The position numbers were made by a program, and so were the translations under genes. A stretch of DNA of 64,000 nucleotides, taken from NCBI GenBank assembly GCA_002633005.1, contig NMRA01000246.1, positions 13,240-77,239 of the forward strand, written 5' to 3'. This stretch comes from Phoronis australis (taxonomy: Eukaryota; Animalia; Phoronida). The notes beneath the pieces are model-generated. The model was not told where the DNA came from, did not search any database, and worked only from the letters and a program-made list of their open reading frames with translations. Below are positions 13,083 to 24,737 of this stretch, piece by piece. Position 1 is the first letter of the stretch. Each line of letters starts with the position of its first letter.

Positions 13083-13850
13083 ACGGTATGCAGATGAAAC
13101 GTTCACAATGTACATTGTACAGCCGTGGCTCTGGTGATCTGGGAATTTTCCGTATACACATCAGCAGCATGACGTCTGTAGTAACATCCCATATCGAAGT
13201 GGACACTTGTAACAGCCTCCCATTCCTTGATATGCTGGTGACCAGCACCAGTCCTATTACAAGAAGGCTCATACTGGACAGTACATTGATTACAATTCCA
13301 GCCACAAAAAGGCGTTATGGGACCTGTTATCAAGGCCCTAGCAAAATATCAAAGTGATATACGTAGTGGAACAACACTCCAAGCTGAGAGGGACAACCTG
13401 GTTCAAACATTCAAAATAAATGGTTACCCAGAACAATTCATCGAATCAACTATGACGACACAAAAAGGGAAGATTTTACACAACAAACGGTGTGGCTTCC
13501 ATACATATCTGGAATCTTTGAAAAATATAGGGCGCATATGCAAGAAATTGAAGAAAAGAATGGTGTACTGCAGCTCAGACACCCTGGGTGGAGGACTCAC
13601 CAAAAACAGAAATGAGGAAAAAGAAGACCATCTACCAAATCCCTTGTAAATGCCCTAAACCCTACATCGGTGAAGGTCAATGGAACTAGGACTGCCGAAT
13701 TACAAAAGACTATCTGTAAGGAAGACAATAGCTTACCAGCTGCAGCAGACCACGTGTTGTCAAAACACCATGAGTATGCCAGATACTCGCACTCGTTCTG
13801 CGAAGAATGTTGTAACACCTGAAGAGAAACGGAGAAATGAAACGTCTTGC
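13081..13850 (+). mobile_element. Penelope-like retroelement remnant (RT C-terminus and GIY-YIG endonuclease)
   Basis: In order: RYADETF (degenerate YxDD), SLPFLDMLV, LQAERDNLVQTFKINGYPEQFI, SLKNIGRICKK, TIYQIPCKCPKPYIGE (GIY-YIG signature) and AAADHVLSKHH. Multiple frameshifts. Confidence 0.9.
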
Positions 13851-15074
13851 TAATGGAACTGAGCTAGATTTTGATGTAAATGGACTAAGAGATTTTAGAA
13901 ACGATGATGTTTGTTTTTGGGAGGCCAATTTACCTATTTTTCTGACATGGAGATTAGGCATTGGCTTATTTCACGTCGACTTTGGTTAGCATCAACATAC
14001 AGCCTGCGTCAGCCATTTTCAAGTCGCCCAGCAATGAAACAGCTGATGACGTAGTCGCATCGATGTCAATTAGCTTTATAGCCGTAAAATTGGAATTTCA
14101 GGTCTGGTTAAATTCAATAACTTCAAGGAGTCAATCCTATTTACCCAAGTATAAACCCTGGAATCCGTTTTTTCGGCGATAAACCCGATTGTGTCCGTTT
14201 AAGCTTGTATAATCAAGAGCCTCAAAATTATGATAGAAGAGACAAGCTCGGATTTGGGTAAGGCTCTCGTTGTCCAAGCTAATACTATTATATATGTAAG
14301 ATGTCCACTATAACGTCATACTTCATAATGACGAATATTGTATCAAATGAGCTTGGTTAGCTATAAGCATTAAAATCGACCTTCGATATCGCTGAAACGA
14401 CTTACGTGATGCGACGGACATCCGTTGAGGTGGTCTCAGCACAAAAATGGCTAGTTCATGATCACCATCTCGTTAAAAAATAGAAGGACGTGTCTTGATG
14501 GCTAGAGTGTTTGTTCTAGTTGGAAGGACTTAAAGATATCGGCTAACTCCTAAGGTGTGCATGTGCGGTAGAATGGTGCTATCTTTCGTAGCACTGTGAA
14601 AGAGCGTACCAATGGCCCAGTTCTACTAAACTTAGGGAGAGAGTACGTTAACGTGAATGTACATAATTTCATATTTTTATTATTCGCTTGCTGTTGTATA
14701 CTCGTTTACAATATTCTCCATATAACGTTGAAATAATTTTTAGTTAGCACTTTCTTTTTTCAAACTGTATTTATTAATGAAATTACAATTTTGTCGGTTC
14801 CTCGCACTCTCCGCAAAAATGTTGAATCTCCCAGTTACCGAAGAGCAGACGAAACGATTACACTTTGCCGGCAACGACATTTGTAACGTTGGTAGGTCTT
14901 TGATTTGATATGGCCGCCTTATTTCTTCTCTGTTTTTTGGCTTTCAAACTTGCCAAATCGATTCTCTTAATTGCGAAAAAAACAGGGAAAAGACAACCGA
15001 ACTCACGGCCCACCTCCTTGGTCGTCCTGCAAGTCAGCGCTTGCTGTATGTTCAGATCGAGTCAAGCTTCTTGT

Positions 15075-15172
15075 GTCGTGGGTCGAGGGGGTCGGGGGTC
15101 GAGGGAGTCGTGAGTCGATGGGGTCGTGGGGGTCGTGAGGTGTGGGGGTCGAGGAGGTTTTAGAACAATCCC
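15075..15172. mobile_element. Right end of a DNA-transposon family with G-rich (GGGTCG) subterminal repeats
   Basis: Array of ggtcgagggg/ggtcgtggg units ending in ggttttagaacaatccc; the same terminus occurs at 16735 (inverted) and near 21150. Confidence 0.7.
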
Positions 15173-17157
15173 TTACTGACCTGACTTTTTAGAAAAATAA
15201 TTTTGACTTATACTACTTAGTGTTTTTAAAATATGCCCCTTTTTTCAAATAAGAAGTAGTGTCTGACTGCTGTGATGAACTGAGACCTGCTTGACATTAC
15301 GACTAGCTTGGCCTAGTCAACTCATTGAACGTGGACTCAAGCACGTACGGAACTGTCGGTTCTTTCTAACCTCAAAACGTATTTCTAGTTAGTGTAAGGA
15401 ACACTTTGAGATCAGTCCTATAACGGTAAGCGGCCTAAGTCGAAAGATATTTTAGACAGAATGCCGTTAATATTGCGCTTTCAATCATAAAAATGAAGTC
15501 CCAATCACAATGCGTTGGAGGAAAAACGAATGACGCTATAGCGGAGAGGTAATCATATGTCTATCAATCTAATTGTCCAGCTGTTTAACACAATGCGCTC
15601 TCTCAAATTAATTTCCCGTTTTAGTTCACTTTCCTCCATAGCAGTCGATAAATACCAATCGATATCTTTTCACCAGCGCATACGCACGAATCGCTGAATT
15701 ATAACTTGAAGGCTTCTAGGATGTTTTAAATACACACAGTGTAAATTATTAACTCGTTTATAGGCGACGATCTCTCATTGAACTGCTTAAATTGTGGTAT
15801 AAAGCTGAGGACTACAGTTCACTAGCTTCCGTGGGTGCGTGTGGTAAGTATAGTCTATAATGTGATGAAATAATGGCACTGCAAAAGTTCTAATACATTG
15901 GTATTCAGCTTCTTTCAAGACTTGTTTTGGGTCCCGGCTTAAGCTCTGTCGGCTGCCGCTGGATACGATTCTGTATCAATCTAGAACTATATAATTGGTG
16001 ACATGAATTCGCTTTGAAAATTGTAATAAACAAGCGGAAGTTTGGTGCACGTTATATAGTATTTTCTTGTAACATTCAGCTAAAAACCCTCACTACTTTC
16101 ATGTATTTCACGCCGGCTTTGGTCAGCCCGCGTCGGCCATTTTCACCGCGCCTAACTACGGGACATCTCGATTTGAATTGATTTTGACTTGCACACTTTT
16201 TATGAAACGGCGATTTGTAATGGCGTCATAAAAACGGATTTGGACGTTTTATAGCCCTAGTCAAAACTATAACTGCATTCAATTTCAAATTTCCTGTAAA
16301 TGTTAATGTTGACTAACAAAGTAGTGAATTTAAGTTTTCGAGCTGTTTCAAATGAAAGAGTATAGGAAGGATTGTGACATTTCTAAAAACAGTTATATGA
16401 TTGTACTCGATGGACGAGGTGTAAATGTGGTCTGTTGTACGGACAAATCGGTGCTTAATTCATGTTCAAGAAATGCGAATCCCAGAAAATTGTGGTTGTG
16501 CCTTTTCGGAGTGTATCTTTCTACTGTCCCCGACTTTTGTTTACGTTGTCGTGCTGTATTCACACAGTGTGGATAACGCACCGGTTAGATCGGCCAGATG
16601 TGTGTTTATCGCACATGTATGTGCTTCAAGCACGCGGTTATTAAACATTATTGTAGTATAAACGAAATAGTTGCTGTTACGCTACTTGCATGACAAAGCT
16701 AAAAATCGTTCATAGTCCGCCATTTTCTTTCTTTGGGATTGTTCTAAAACATCCCTTCGACCATCCCCACCAAACCCCTCGACCCAAGACGTGTGGCAAT
16801 AAAGGTACGTTTAAGCTTTTTACGTATTTCATAATCTTATTGCGTCGCTGAGTGACTTTCCTCGAAGACTTTACTGCCGTCATGGAACAGAGAGTTCGAT
16901 GACGATTGGCTTCGCAGATTTTTGCGAAAACAAAAGCAAAAGAAAAGCACATTCACGTAAGAAAATCGAAGACTTTTATGGAAAAAGCTCCAAACAACTG
17001 TTGAAGTGTTGCCTGAGATAAGATTAGTGTAATTCTCAGTTGAACGTTGGGCATTTTATCATGATTCATGTCAATTGTAATTATTCAGTGTCACTGAGGT
17101 ATGGGAATGTCGTTAAAGACGCTTAATGTATTTTACAACTTTTGAAAAATAATCTTG

Positions 17158-17231
17158 CATGGGCGGCGTACCATTCATGTAGGGGGCTAGGGGCTATAGC
17201 CTCCTCTTATTTCAGTGCTGCACAGCCCATG
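17158..17231 (+). mobile_element. 74-bp hAT-like MITE with 5-bp TSD (TCTTG)
   Basis: Ends CATGGGC...GCCCATG flanked by tcttg on both sides; family members at 33554-33873 and 39466-39538. Confidence 0.8.
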
Positions 17232-17352
17232 TCTTGGTGTAATAAATTCGAATTTTGAGCTTTGTTGCATGAGACATTGTTACAGCGCACCCCGGCCAAC
17301 CCGCGATCGAGAACGCCCGGAAGGCGATCGAGAACGAGACCTTACACCAAAA

Positions 17353-18302
17353 ATGTCAGACGACAGTGAAGTACCCGGTGAGTTTAAGTGTCATTTTCTT
17401 CTTAAATAGAGACTACTTTGGTTCCAATGCGACACACCGAAGAGCGCCAGAGCTTAGCCTTTGTTGTGGTTCTGAAATAATACTTGGCTTTTGCTATTTT
17501 TTGAAATAGAGACCGCAGAATGCAATGGCTTTCGGTAAAATGACTTGCGTCTCGTAAAGTCTTCAATTTCTACTTGTTATTAGCAATTCCTGGGTTCTTC
17601 AGTTGTCACGTGTGACGTTTATAGTTAAATCTTCCCTGGTGACATCTTTTTTAGTTATAATTTGTGAAACAATTCGAGCCATCTACCGATACAAGCAGGT
17701 CCTTGTGTGAGACGGCGATCGGGAACGAAGCTGTTAATTCTCCATGGCGGTCGTGAACGCAAAAAATGCGATCGTGAACGCACATTTTTTTATGTGCATT
17801 TTCCTGAATAATTACGGTGTTATATCAGTAATTTTAGAATAATACGGCCATGAATTAGTTGACAGGTCATTTCTTTGTTATATTTTCACCGTTTTTTATG
17901 ATTTCTGTGTGAGATTTAGCATCACAAATATGATTAAATGCGTTTGATTTTTCAGTTGAACTGTAGCCGCATGAGGAGTCCTTCAGAGTGTTAACATACA
18001 CGCCTTCAAAAAAGAGTACCGGTAGCACAACTGCTGCATTTGACAAAGGGCTGTGTATGCATATATGTTGTGGAGCTTCCTTCAGGAAGAAACCTTTTTT
18101 GTATAACCACATGACAATAAAACACAGTGTCACTCACTAGCTGCACGCAAGACCTTTACCAGCCCCGTGTTGCATGGAGCAAGATTTTTTACCGCTTAAG
18201 AAAACACGATATTAAGCATAGTGCTCAGGAACCAAGTTGTTTCAGTGCCATATCTGCGATCAATGTTTCACAGAAAGATTAAGCCTGAGGACACTCCTTG
18301 TT
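17353..18302 (+). pseudogene. Decayed spliced C2H2 zinc-finger gene inside the CAC element (exons 17353-17377 and 17956-18302)
   Basis: MSDDSEVP plus a G|gtgagt donor splices in phase 1 to a ttttcag acceptor and reads (one TAG) into LCMHICCGASFRKKPFLYNHMTIKH. A frameshifted finger ending LRKHDIKH follows, then KLFQCHICDQCFTERLSL, ending at a gtaagt donor. Confidence 0.7.
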
Positions 18303-19408
18303 GTAAGTTGTGAATTTGTCATGCAAAGAGTATGCCTCCTTCCACAGACATGAGAATCAGAATCACCATGAATAAAATTATTCAGTCCAGTAGTGAAAGT
18401 TGTTAAGTGACGAAACTTTATTCAGATTTACAGAGTTTATGGTTAGTAGTTGTCAGATGCGATAGCATTTTGACGTTTTTTTTTTGAACCTGTTTCCTAT
18501 TAATTTTGTGTTATTTCAGCAGCATCTTTAACAGAACCAGTGCATTTTTGTTGTGTTTGGGTACATTTAAATGGCCACTCTATGCGTCATTGCGTGATTC
18601 TTACATACAACTGTTATGACCAATTAGTATTTTAAAAGAAAACTATATGTCTGCCATAACTGTAGAAACTGTTTTCATATTGTTGTTAATTCCCTGTGAG
18701 AGAATTCTATGCTATGAACAGGTCCGAAATAGATTGTCTATGATTCAGTGATGATTTAGTCTAATACACTCCATAAATAATTTGCAGGAAATGTACACTG
18801 GATGTGTTATGTTGATTTCCCTAAAGCAATGTTTTATATCTTTTTCCGTATGACCAATTTTGAGGTATGTGTGATAAAAGATTAATAATATTATAGAAAT
18901 CCTTTAATATTGTTGTTGATTTCCTGTGTAATCACTTCATTGTGTCTTGAAGTGATGTTAAAGACAACGTTTTAACTACGTTTTTGAGAAAATCACAATA
19001 TAGTAGGTGTATTATATGTCGTCTCACTCTTTTTCAATGTCACAAACTGGAGATCATGAACTGCGGAAGATGCACTCAGTACCAATACTACAAAACAGAA
19101 GAGTCAAACATATGTTGTATATTCAAGCCACACAAGTGCCACAAGTCATTTTTTCATCTCTGTATCGATAATATCAGTAAAACATCCGACAAAATATCAC
19201 CCGTTTTATCAGCAAAACAGTTAGCTCTATTTCTGGCATTTTTTTTAAATCTCACACGTTCATGAGCGGTAATCTTTGAATCACCTCACGAAAGGTGTTG
19301 CCGCACTCTTCTCGCTCCCGACAGGCACGCTCATCATCATTCTTTAACTTCATTGGCGTATTTTTTTTTGCTGTCACAATCTTGCAAGAAGATTCGGCAC
19401 TCGTTTTC

Positions 19409-19718
19409 CAGGGACGGATCCAGGATTTTGAGTTAGGAGGGGGGCAGAACACAGGAATAGTCAGAATTTGGCAACATGCGCGCGCCCAGCCTAAAATGTA
19501 GGGATGCAGGGGCCTCGAATTTTTGGGTTTGTGGACATTATTATTAAAAAGGTACATGGGGTTTGTTCAAGGCCTATGGATTGCGCATTAACCCCTCGAG
19601 CCCACTTGGGTGCGCGCATATGCTAGTCGGCAATTCGCACCCCGGACTGCCAAATGGTATCTGGGATAACTTTAGGGGCCATGGCCCCTTTGACACCCCC
19701 CTTCTAAATCCTCCACTG
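19409..19718. mobile_element. hAT-like non-autonomous element nested in the CAC element
   Basis: Termini cagggacggatccagg ... ctaaatcctccactg; flanks ttttc/ctttc (5-bp TSD with one mismatch). Confidence 0.7.
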
Positions 19719-22700
19719 CTTTCATCTGCATCAACAATTTGTTTACTCCTGGCTTACACGCCACATGGGACAATTGCTGGGTGAGTCTTAGTTTAGAAAC
19801 CCTTGTTCCACTTGGTTTCGTCTAAAAGTATATGTCTTTATGTGCTTTCGTGTTTCCTGAAATGAAAATAAATTCATTTGTGAAAATATCTATAATTAAA
19901 ATATGGCTTGATGTACATGTAGTCGCTCATTTTGATTTAATGGTAGTGCTATGGTATTTTTAAGTTTGGAAACGAAAGTAACAGTAATGACTCAAAATGT
20001 GATTAATTCATTGCGCCATATTTATTTTGTAACCCTTTCACGTTATATAAGTAAAAAGTTCATAACTGTTCGGCACACTACGATGCGTTCTCGATCGCAT
20101 AAACAAACAAAAATTTGCGTTTCCGATCGCTTATCTTTGCGTTTGCATCTTTCAACAGAAAAGTGTCGAAAAATAAGAAATTCTGGCAAAACTACGAAAA
20201 ACAAGCGTTGTGTTATATTTTCACAAGTCACTTCTTCATAACTTTATGGTCAATCTATTGATTTAGTGCCAAAAATAACCGCAATTTGCCAAAATGACAC
20301 ACGAATCACCTTTGACTCAGGCGATGCCTCGTTCAACGTAACTTATCTCCAATAATTGGAACAGACACCAGCCCAAACCTCTACCTGCCCTTCCTCGTTG
20401 TGTTACGCCTTGAACTCATGTCTCTGTTTTCACATTGGAAGTAAAAACAACGTGAAGTCATCAAATTTACTCACCTTGCCTGGCTTCGCTTCTCGCAACC
20501 GGTTTCGTTCTCGATCGCTTTCCGGTCGTTCTCGATCGCGGGTTGGCCGGGGTGCAGCGGACGAACACGATAGTGTACTCTCTGATAACGCACAGCAGGG
20601 ATCGTGCAGACAGAGCGCGTGGCAGCTCGCGTGCCAACTTTCCTGGCCAGCTGTAGTCGCGCTCTGTGCCCGGTTGCATGACACAATTCCAAACAGGGAC
20701 TCAACTAAGTTCCGTAAATGTTTTGCAAATTTGTTTCGTTCTTTGCACACAGATGTAATATTTATCTATCATTTTATCTTCATTACGATCTCTTCTTTGA
20801 CTAATGACAATTTGTAATAATGAGTATAAAAACTGTTTTGGTGCTTCGGAGGGCCGTCTGCCGTTTCTCTCAGAAAAGGTGCGTTCTTCCTGGTTCGATG
20901 ATATACGTCTTGTTTATGGTGCGTTTAAAACGAGTGGCTGTCTGGTGCTAGTTGTGCCGGTTTGTACAGCTGTACAGACCTAACGAAGCCGAACGTGAGT
21001 CGATGACCTGACGGAGCCGAACCCGGCTTTGGGTCTATTGGTTGTGGTTCGAGGGGGTCGTGGGTCGAGGGGGTTATGGGTCGAGGAGGTTGCGGGTCGA
21101 GGGGGTCGTGGGTCAAGGGGTGTGGGGAGCGAGCGGGTTTTAGAACACTCTTTTTTGTTGTAAAGCTAACCAATGACTGCTGAGGTTACATCAACCAGTG
21201 ATAAGGCACGTACTACATAATTAACGATACTTGCGTGATATCTACACGCAGGGAACTAGAGTTGGCACTGAGAATTTCCAACTGTCTCCTCGACTGAATT
21301 TTGATCAAGACTTTTACATCAAATAAAGCCTAATTCCATTGCTTCATTTTCATTTTGTTACTACGGTTCAATAAGCGAATCTCTTGGGGAACGGTTCCAT
21401 ACAGTCAGCGGCGATTCCTTGGCTTAATTATTCAATAAACTCAACAATTACACTGGTCATTCTTTATAAGCAGCCACCAGTGGCCCTAGGTGGATGCCAG
21501 GAGTAGTATGGCCAAGGATATTGCAACTATAATATCTTTGGTTTGGCCTCTGACATCCTTTCAACTCCAGTGGTTGAACGGCTTTCGACAACCCATCATG
21601 GTATATGCCAGGAGTTTTTCAACAAGACATTTTTGGGTGTTACCGTGTTTTACTGAAAGAAGTTACATTTTCGATTTCTGAGAAGTAGGCATTATCTGTA
21701 GTTTTTACCTATATCTGTAAAATAAAGTTTTAAAAATGAAAAGTTTACCTTGTAAAAGAACCCAATCCATTACTCCGTGTTGCTAACCGCGTATAGTTTA
21801 CATGTATTTGCCAATTGCCCGAAAATAACGGACTGTACCACTTTTTTGGCCATCAAGCCACGTCGTCTAAATGTCCCTCTTGTTGACACACAGCCTAATT
21901 GACATATTATTATACTATTGTAATTTCCCACTCGACTTAAAGAAAAAACTGGACGTTTCATGGGTTTTTGCGGCACCCACAATTTACCATTCAACTATAA
22001 ATAACAACAGCAAAAAACGCTGCCGGCTACTTTTGGGTGTTACCTCTCCTGTTCGACAAAAACGCTGTCCGACGATACGTCTTTGGGTGTTGCATCGAAA
22101 ATTTCACCCTTACGTTGTGGCTTAGACCCAGGTGTTCTCTTTTTATCCTGAAGTCCCCCTTTTCAATCGTGTTCTTTTATTCGTGAATGTTGACCCTGAA
22201 AACTATGCAACAGGTGTTCAAAATAACATTGTTTATTTTTATAAATAATGTTATTTTTTCTAAAGCCCACTTTCTTTAGTAACATACCAATCGTAAAATT
22301 GTGTTCCAATGTCTGTTGCTAACGGTAACATACACTACATGTATCAGGATCACTAACTTTTACTTTCTGAAGAAAATTATTTATTTCCAACTTTTAAGGA
22401 AAATCCTACACTGCAACCAATGTGATGAACTATCCACAATACATTTCAAAGCTACGTGTTAGACGTTGCAAATTTTTATCTACCAAAAAACTGTTATCTT
22501 CAAAGTTCGTACACAAAATTACCTGAAACACAGATGTTGTGTGCTGCCTCTCCATGTTCTGTCATCAGCTAGATTGCATCCTCATTGATAATGTCGATGC
22601 CTAATCTGGAATCATCTCGGATGCCGGGTCCCCGAAGTTGATCAGGTTTCGGTCATCACTTGGAGTGCCACTTGTTGCCTTGCTGTAACCATAGCCACGA

Positions 22701-24050
22701 CGACTCCTCTTCTGCTGATCTCATCACTGTCTGCACCAAATTCTTCCTTGACACTGTGCTGATTACCTAGGAACGCCATCGACCTCCACGTGCTGCTCCC
22801 GATGAAACTTCTACATCCTACATGTACTTCAATTGGCATACAAAAAAACGTCCAACCAGCTCCGAACGATCATAGGAAAGATCTGCATACTTTAGCCTTT
22901 TCCTCTCATTGGACTCCACCATTCGGGATGCCCAATGTACTGTAAGTTCTACGATGATGACCGTCTCCATACCATCTGACCATGACACCAAGTCACGTCG
23001 GAGTGTCGTCATCCCTATATAGCTTGGTCCTACATCCACAACCATCTTCCAATACACCTGCATCTTTCCTCTTCCCAGATTCATCTTCTCTGCAAAACAA
23101 TATCATCGGGCTGTCAGTGTCGCTAACCGACTTCCTTCTTTCTAGGTCCAAAACATGAGCCTTGAGTATCTAATCATGTCTCCACTTATATTTGCCTTCA
23201 TTCAAAGCCGACTTACAAGATGACAAAACGTGATGTAAAGTGAAGCGTTTCCCGCAACTGGCGCAATGCTTCCCCACAACTTTGGGTTTGGCGGACTAGA
23301 GAGTACATTATACACAGAACGCAGTGGAAAACTTAATATGTACTGATCACACGAAATTAGGTCGAACTCCTTCCCACGCTGTCCAGGCGCCTTGCTTTCT
23401 CAAGCCCACAGCTTGAGAAAAGCGCTTCTCCTCTTCCTGGTGATGCACTTCGTCTAAAACCATTGAACGAGGATTTTCCCTCTAGTTATCTTCCATCTCT
23501 GAGATGGGATCATACCAAGGCCTTCACGCCCTCGGGAAACTGCCCCTACCAAATCTTTACGACGAAGCGTGCTTGCTGCTGCTGCTACTTCCTCCTCTGG
23601 ACACCACTTTGTTCCTGCAGAAACGCCAATCTTTACACTGCTGATATCTCCATCTTTTGAGTCCCGCAAAGTCAGGAAAGTCTGTACTTAATGAAATTAA
23701 ACTCTTCCACAGTAGATCGTTTTGGTAGGTTTACTGCTGAAGACCTCATGTACAGGCTCAACCTGGTGAGAAATTCCGCAGCCAGCGGCTGACCAAGCGC
23801 TTCATTCTTTCGGCTACTGCTATAGGTAGATCGTACACTGTCAATGGCCCCATGACCTTTGGGAATGGAACAAACTGGAAACGCGACACCTTAAAGCGAC
23901 CAGGTAATGCACATTCATCGCTCTTCTGAAGATTCTCCTGTAAACTTCCCAGTGCTGTTTTTACATGGCCTCCATCCTTCAATGTGCCGTCATAATCTTT
24001 CCCCAGATAGTTCATTTTCACTGATTTCTCAGACACGGAAGGTATCACGC

Positions 24051-24737
24051 CTTTATCCCATTCGCGTTGAATCTGTCAAGGGAAATACGGCCATGTAATA
24101 AAGTTTTCCGTATTCACCTCTCGCACTATTTCAGCTGAGACATCTGACATGGAAAGTTCAAAAGTTAGGTCAATGTCGACTCGACGTCGTTAGTCGGTGT
24201 GATCACCAATTTAAACTTTCGGAAAATAGTTTAAAGTAATACATTTATAGCAGTGTAAATAACGCTCAACATACAATCAGGTCTCAATCGTAACATCTGG
24301 AACAGGACTGTTAATTATATGACAGTTCTGTCTCAATTTTCATTTGCTAAATATTTTATCGTCTGCAACTCAGGCGCCGATTCTTCGGTAACTCAATATC
24401 AAATCTTGTTGTTATTTGACTATTTTCATGAGATGTTACAAGTTCAATGAAAATTTAACCTTGTTTTCATCTTTGTTATCTCTTTTCAAGTAATAAATTG
24501 TCACATTCAAAACTGTTTCTTTTACTAGAGAAAACTTGAAGCTAACGCGCAAGTACATGCATATAGAATGTGATCTGTCACGTGAGTGTAGTATTCAAAA
24601 AATCTGCGGAAAAATGAAAGATACCGAGGAATTCGAACCGTATGAGTTAAATGCAAATTCGGGCTCGTTCGATACGTGTAATAATGTCGAGTAGGATATT
24701 ACTTCATGTACGCCACTTTCGGTACCGTTTGTGTATA
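24051..24737. mobile_element. Unclassified ~690-bp insertion interrupting the HERO RT
   Basis: HERO reading ...PHSTFRVD stops near 24738 and resumes GVIPSVSEK near 24050. No clear TIR or TSD; boundaries are approximate. Confidence 0.65.

Larger units (their letters stand above)
17288..20554. mobile_element. 3267-bp DNA transposon with 54-bp CAC...GTG TIRs and 5-bp TSD CAGCG (Transib/RAG-like signature), non-autonomous
   Basis: TIRs at 17288-17341 and 20501-20554 are 51/54 identical (CACCCCGGCCAACCCGCGATCGAGAACG...). CAGCG occurs at 17283-17287 and 20555-20559. Confidence 0.9.
16735..21152. mobile_element. Non-autonomous TIR element with G-rich subterminal repeats (possibly MULE-like)
   Basis: Left end gggattgttctaaaac plus C-rich repeats; right end G-rich repeats plus ggttttagaacactc. 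It splits the host repeat cleanly; the T-rich flanks may be a degenerate TSD. Confidence 0.7.
16424..21261 (+). mobile_element. Interrupted copy of the non-autonomous element found intact at 25781-26346
   Basis: 16424-16728 is homologous to the reverse complement of ~25890-26191. Homology resumes at ~21156 (tgttgtaaagctaaccaatgactgc.gaggttacatc) and ends at the TIR-like cacgcagggaactagag (21261). Confidence 0.75.

Noticed and set aside
16352-16661. Similar ORFs here and at 25949-26140 suggesting a duplicated gene
   Set aside because: The similarity comes from two copies of a non-coding transposon, and the frames carry no recognisable domain.
18900-20475. RAG2-like kelch/PHD coding on the minus strand of the CAC element
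   Set aside because: Looked for specifically; no recognisable RAG2 or RAG1-core motifs, so the element is not called a RAG transposon.
20356-20817. 153-aa ORF with an RS-rich segment
   Set aside because: It crosses a TIR boundary, and the RS repeat is a translation of the TIR motif.
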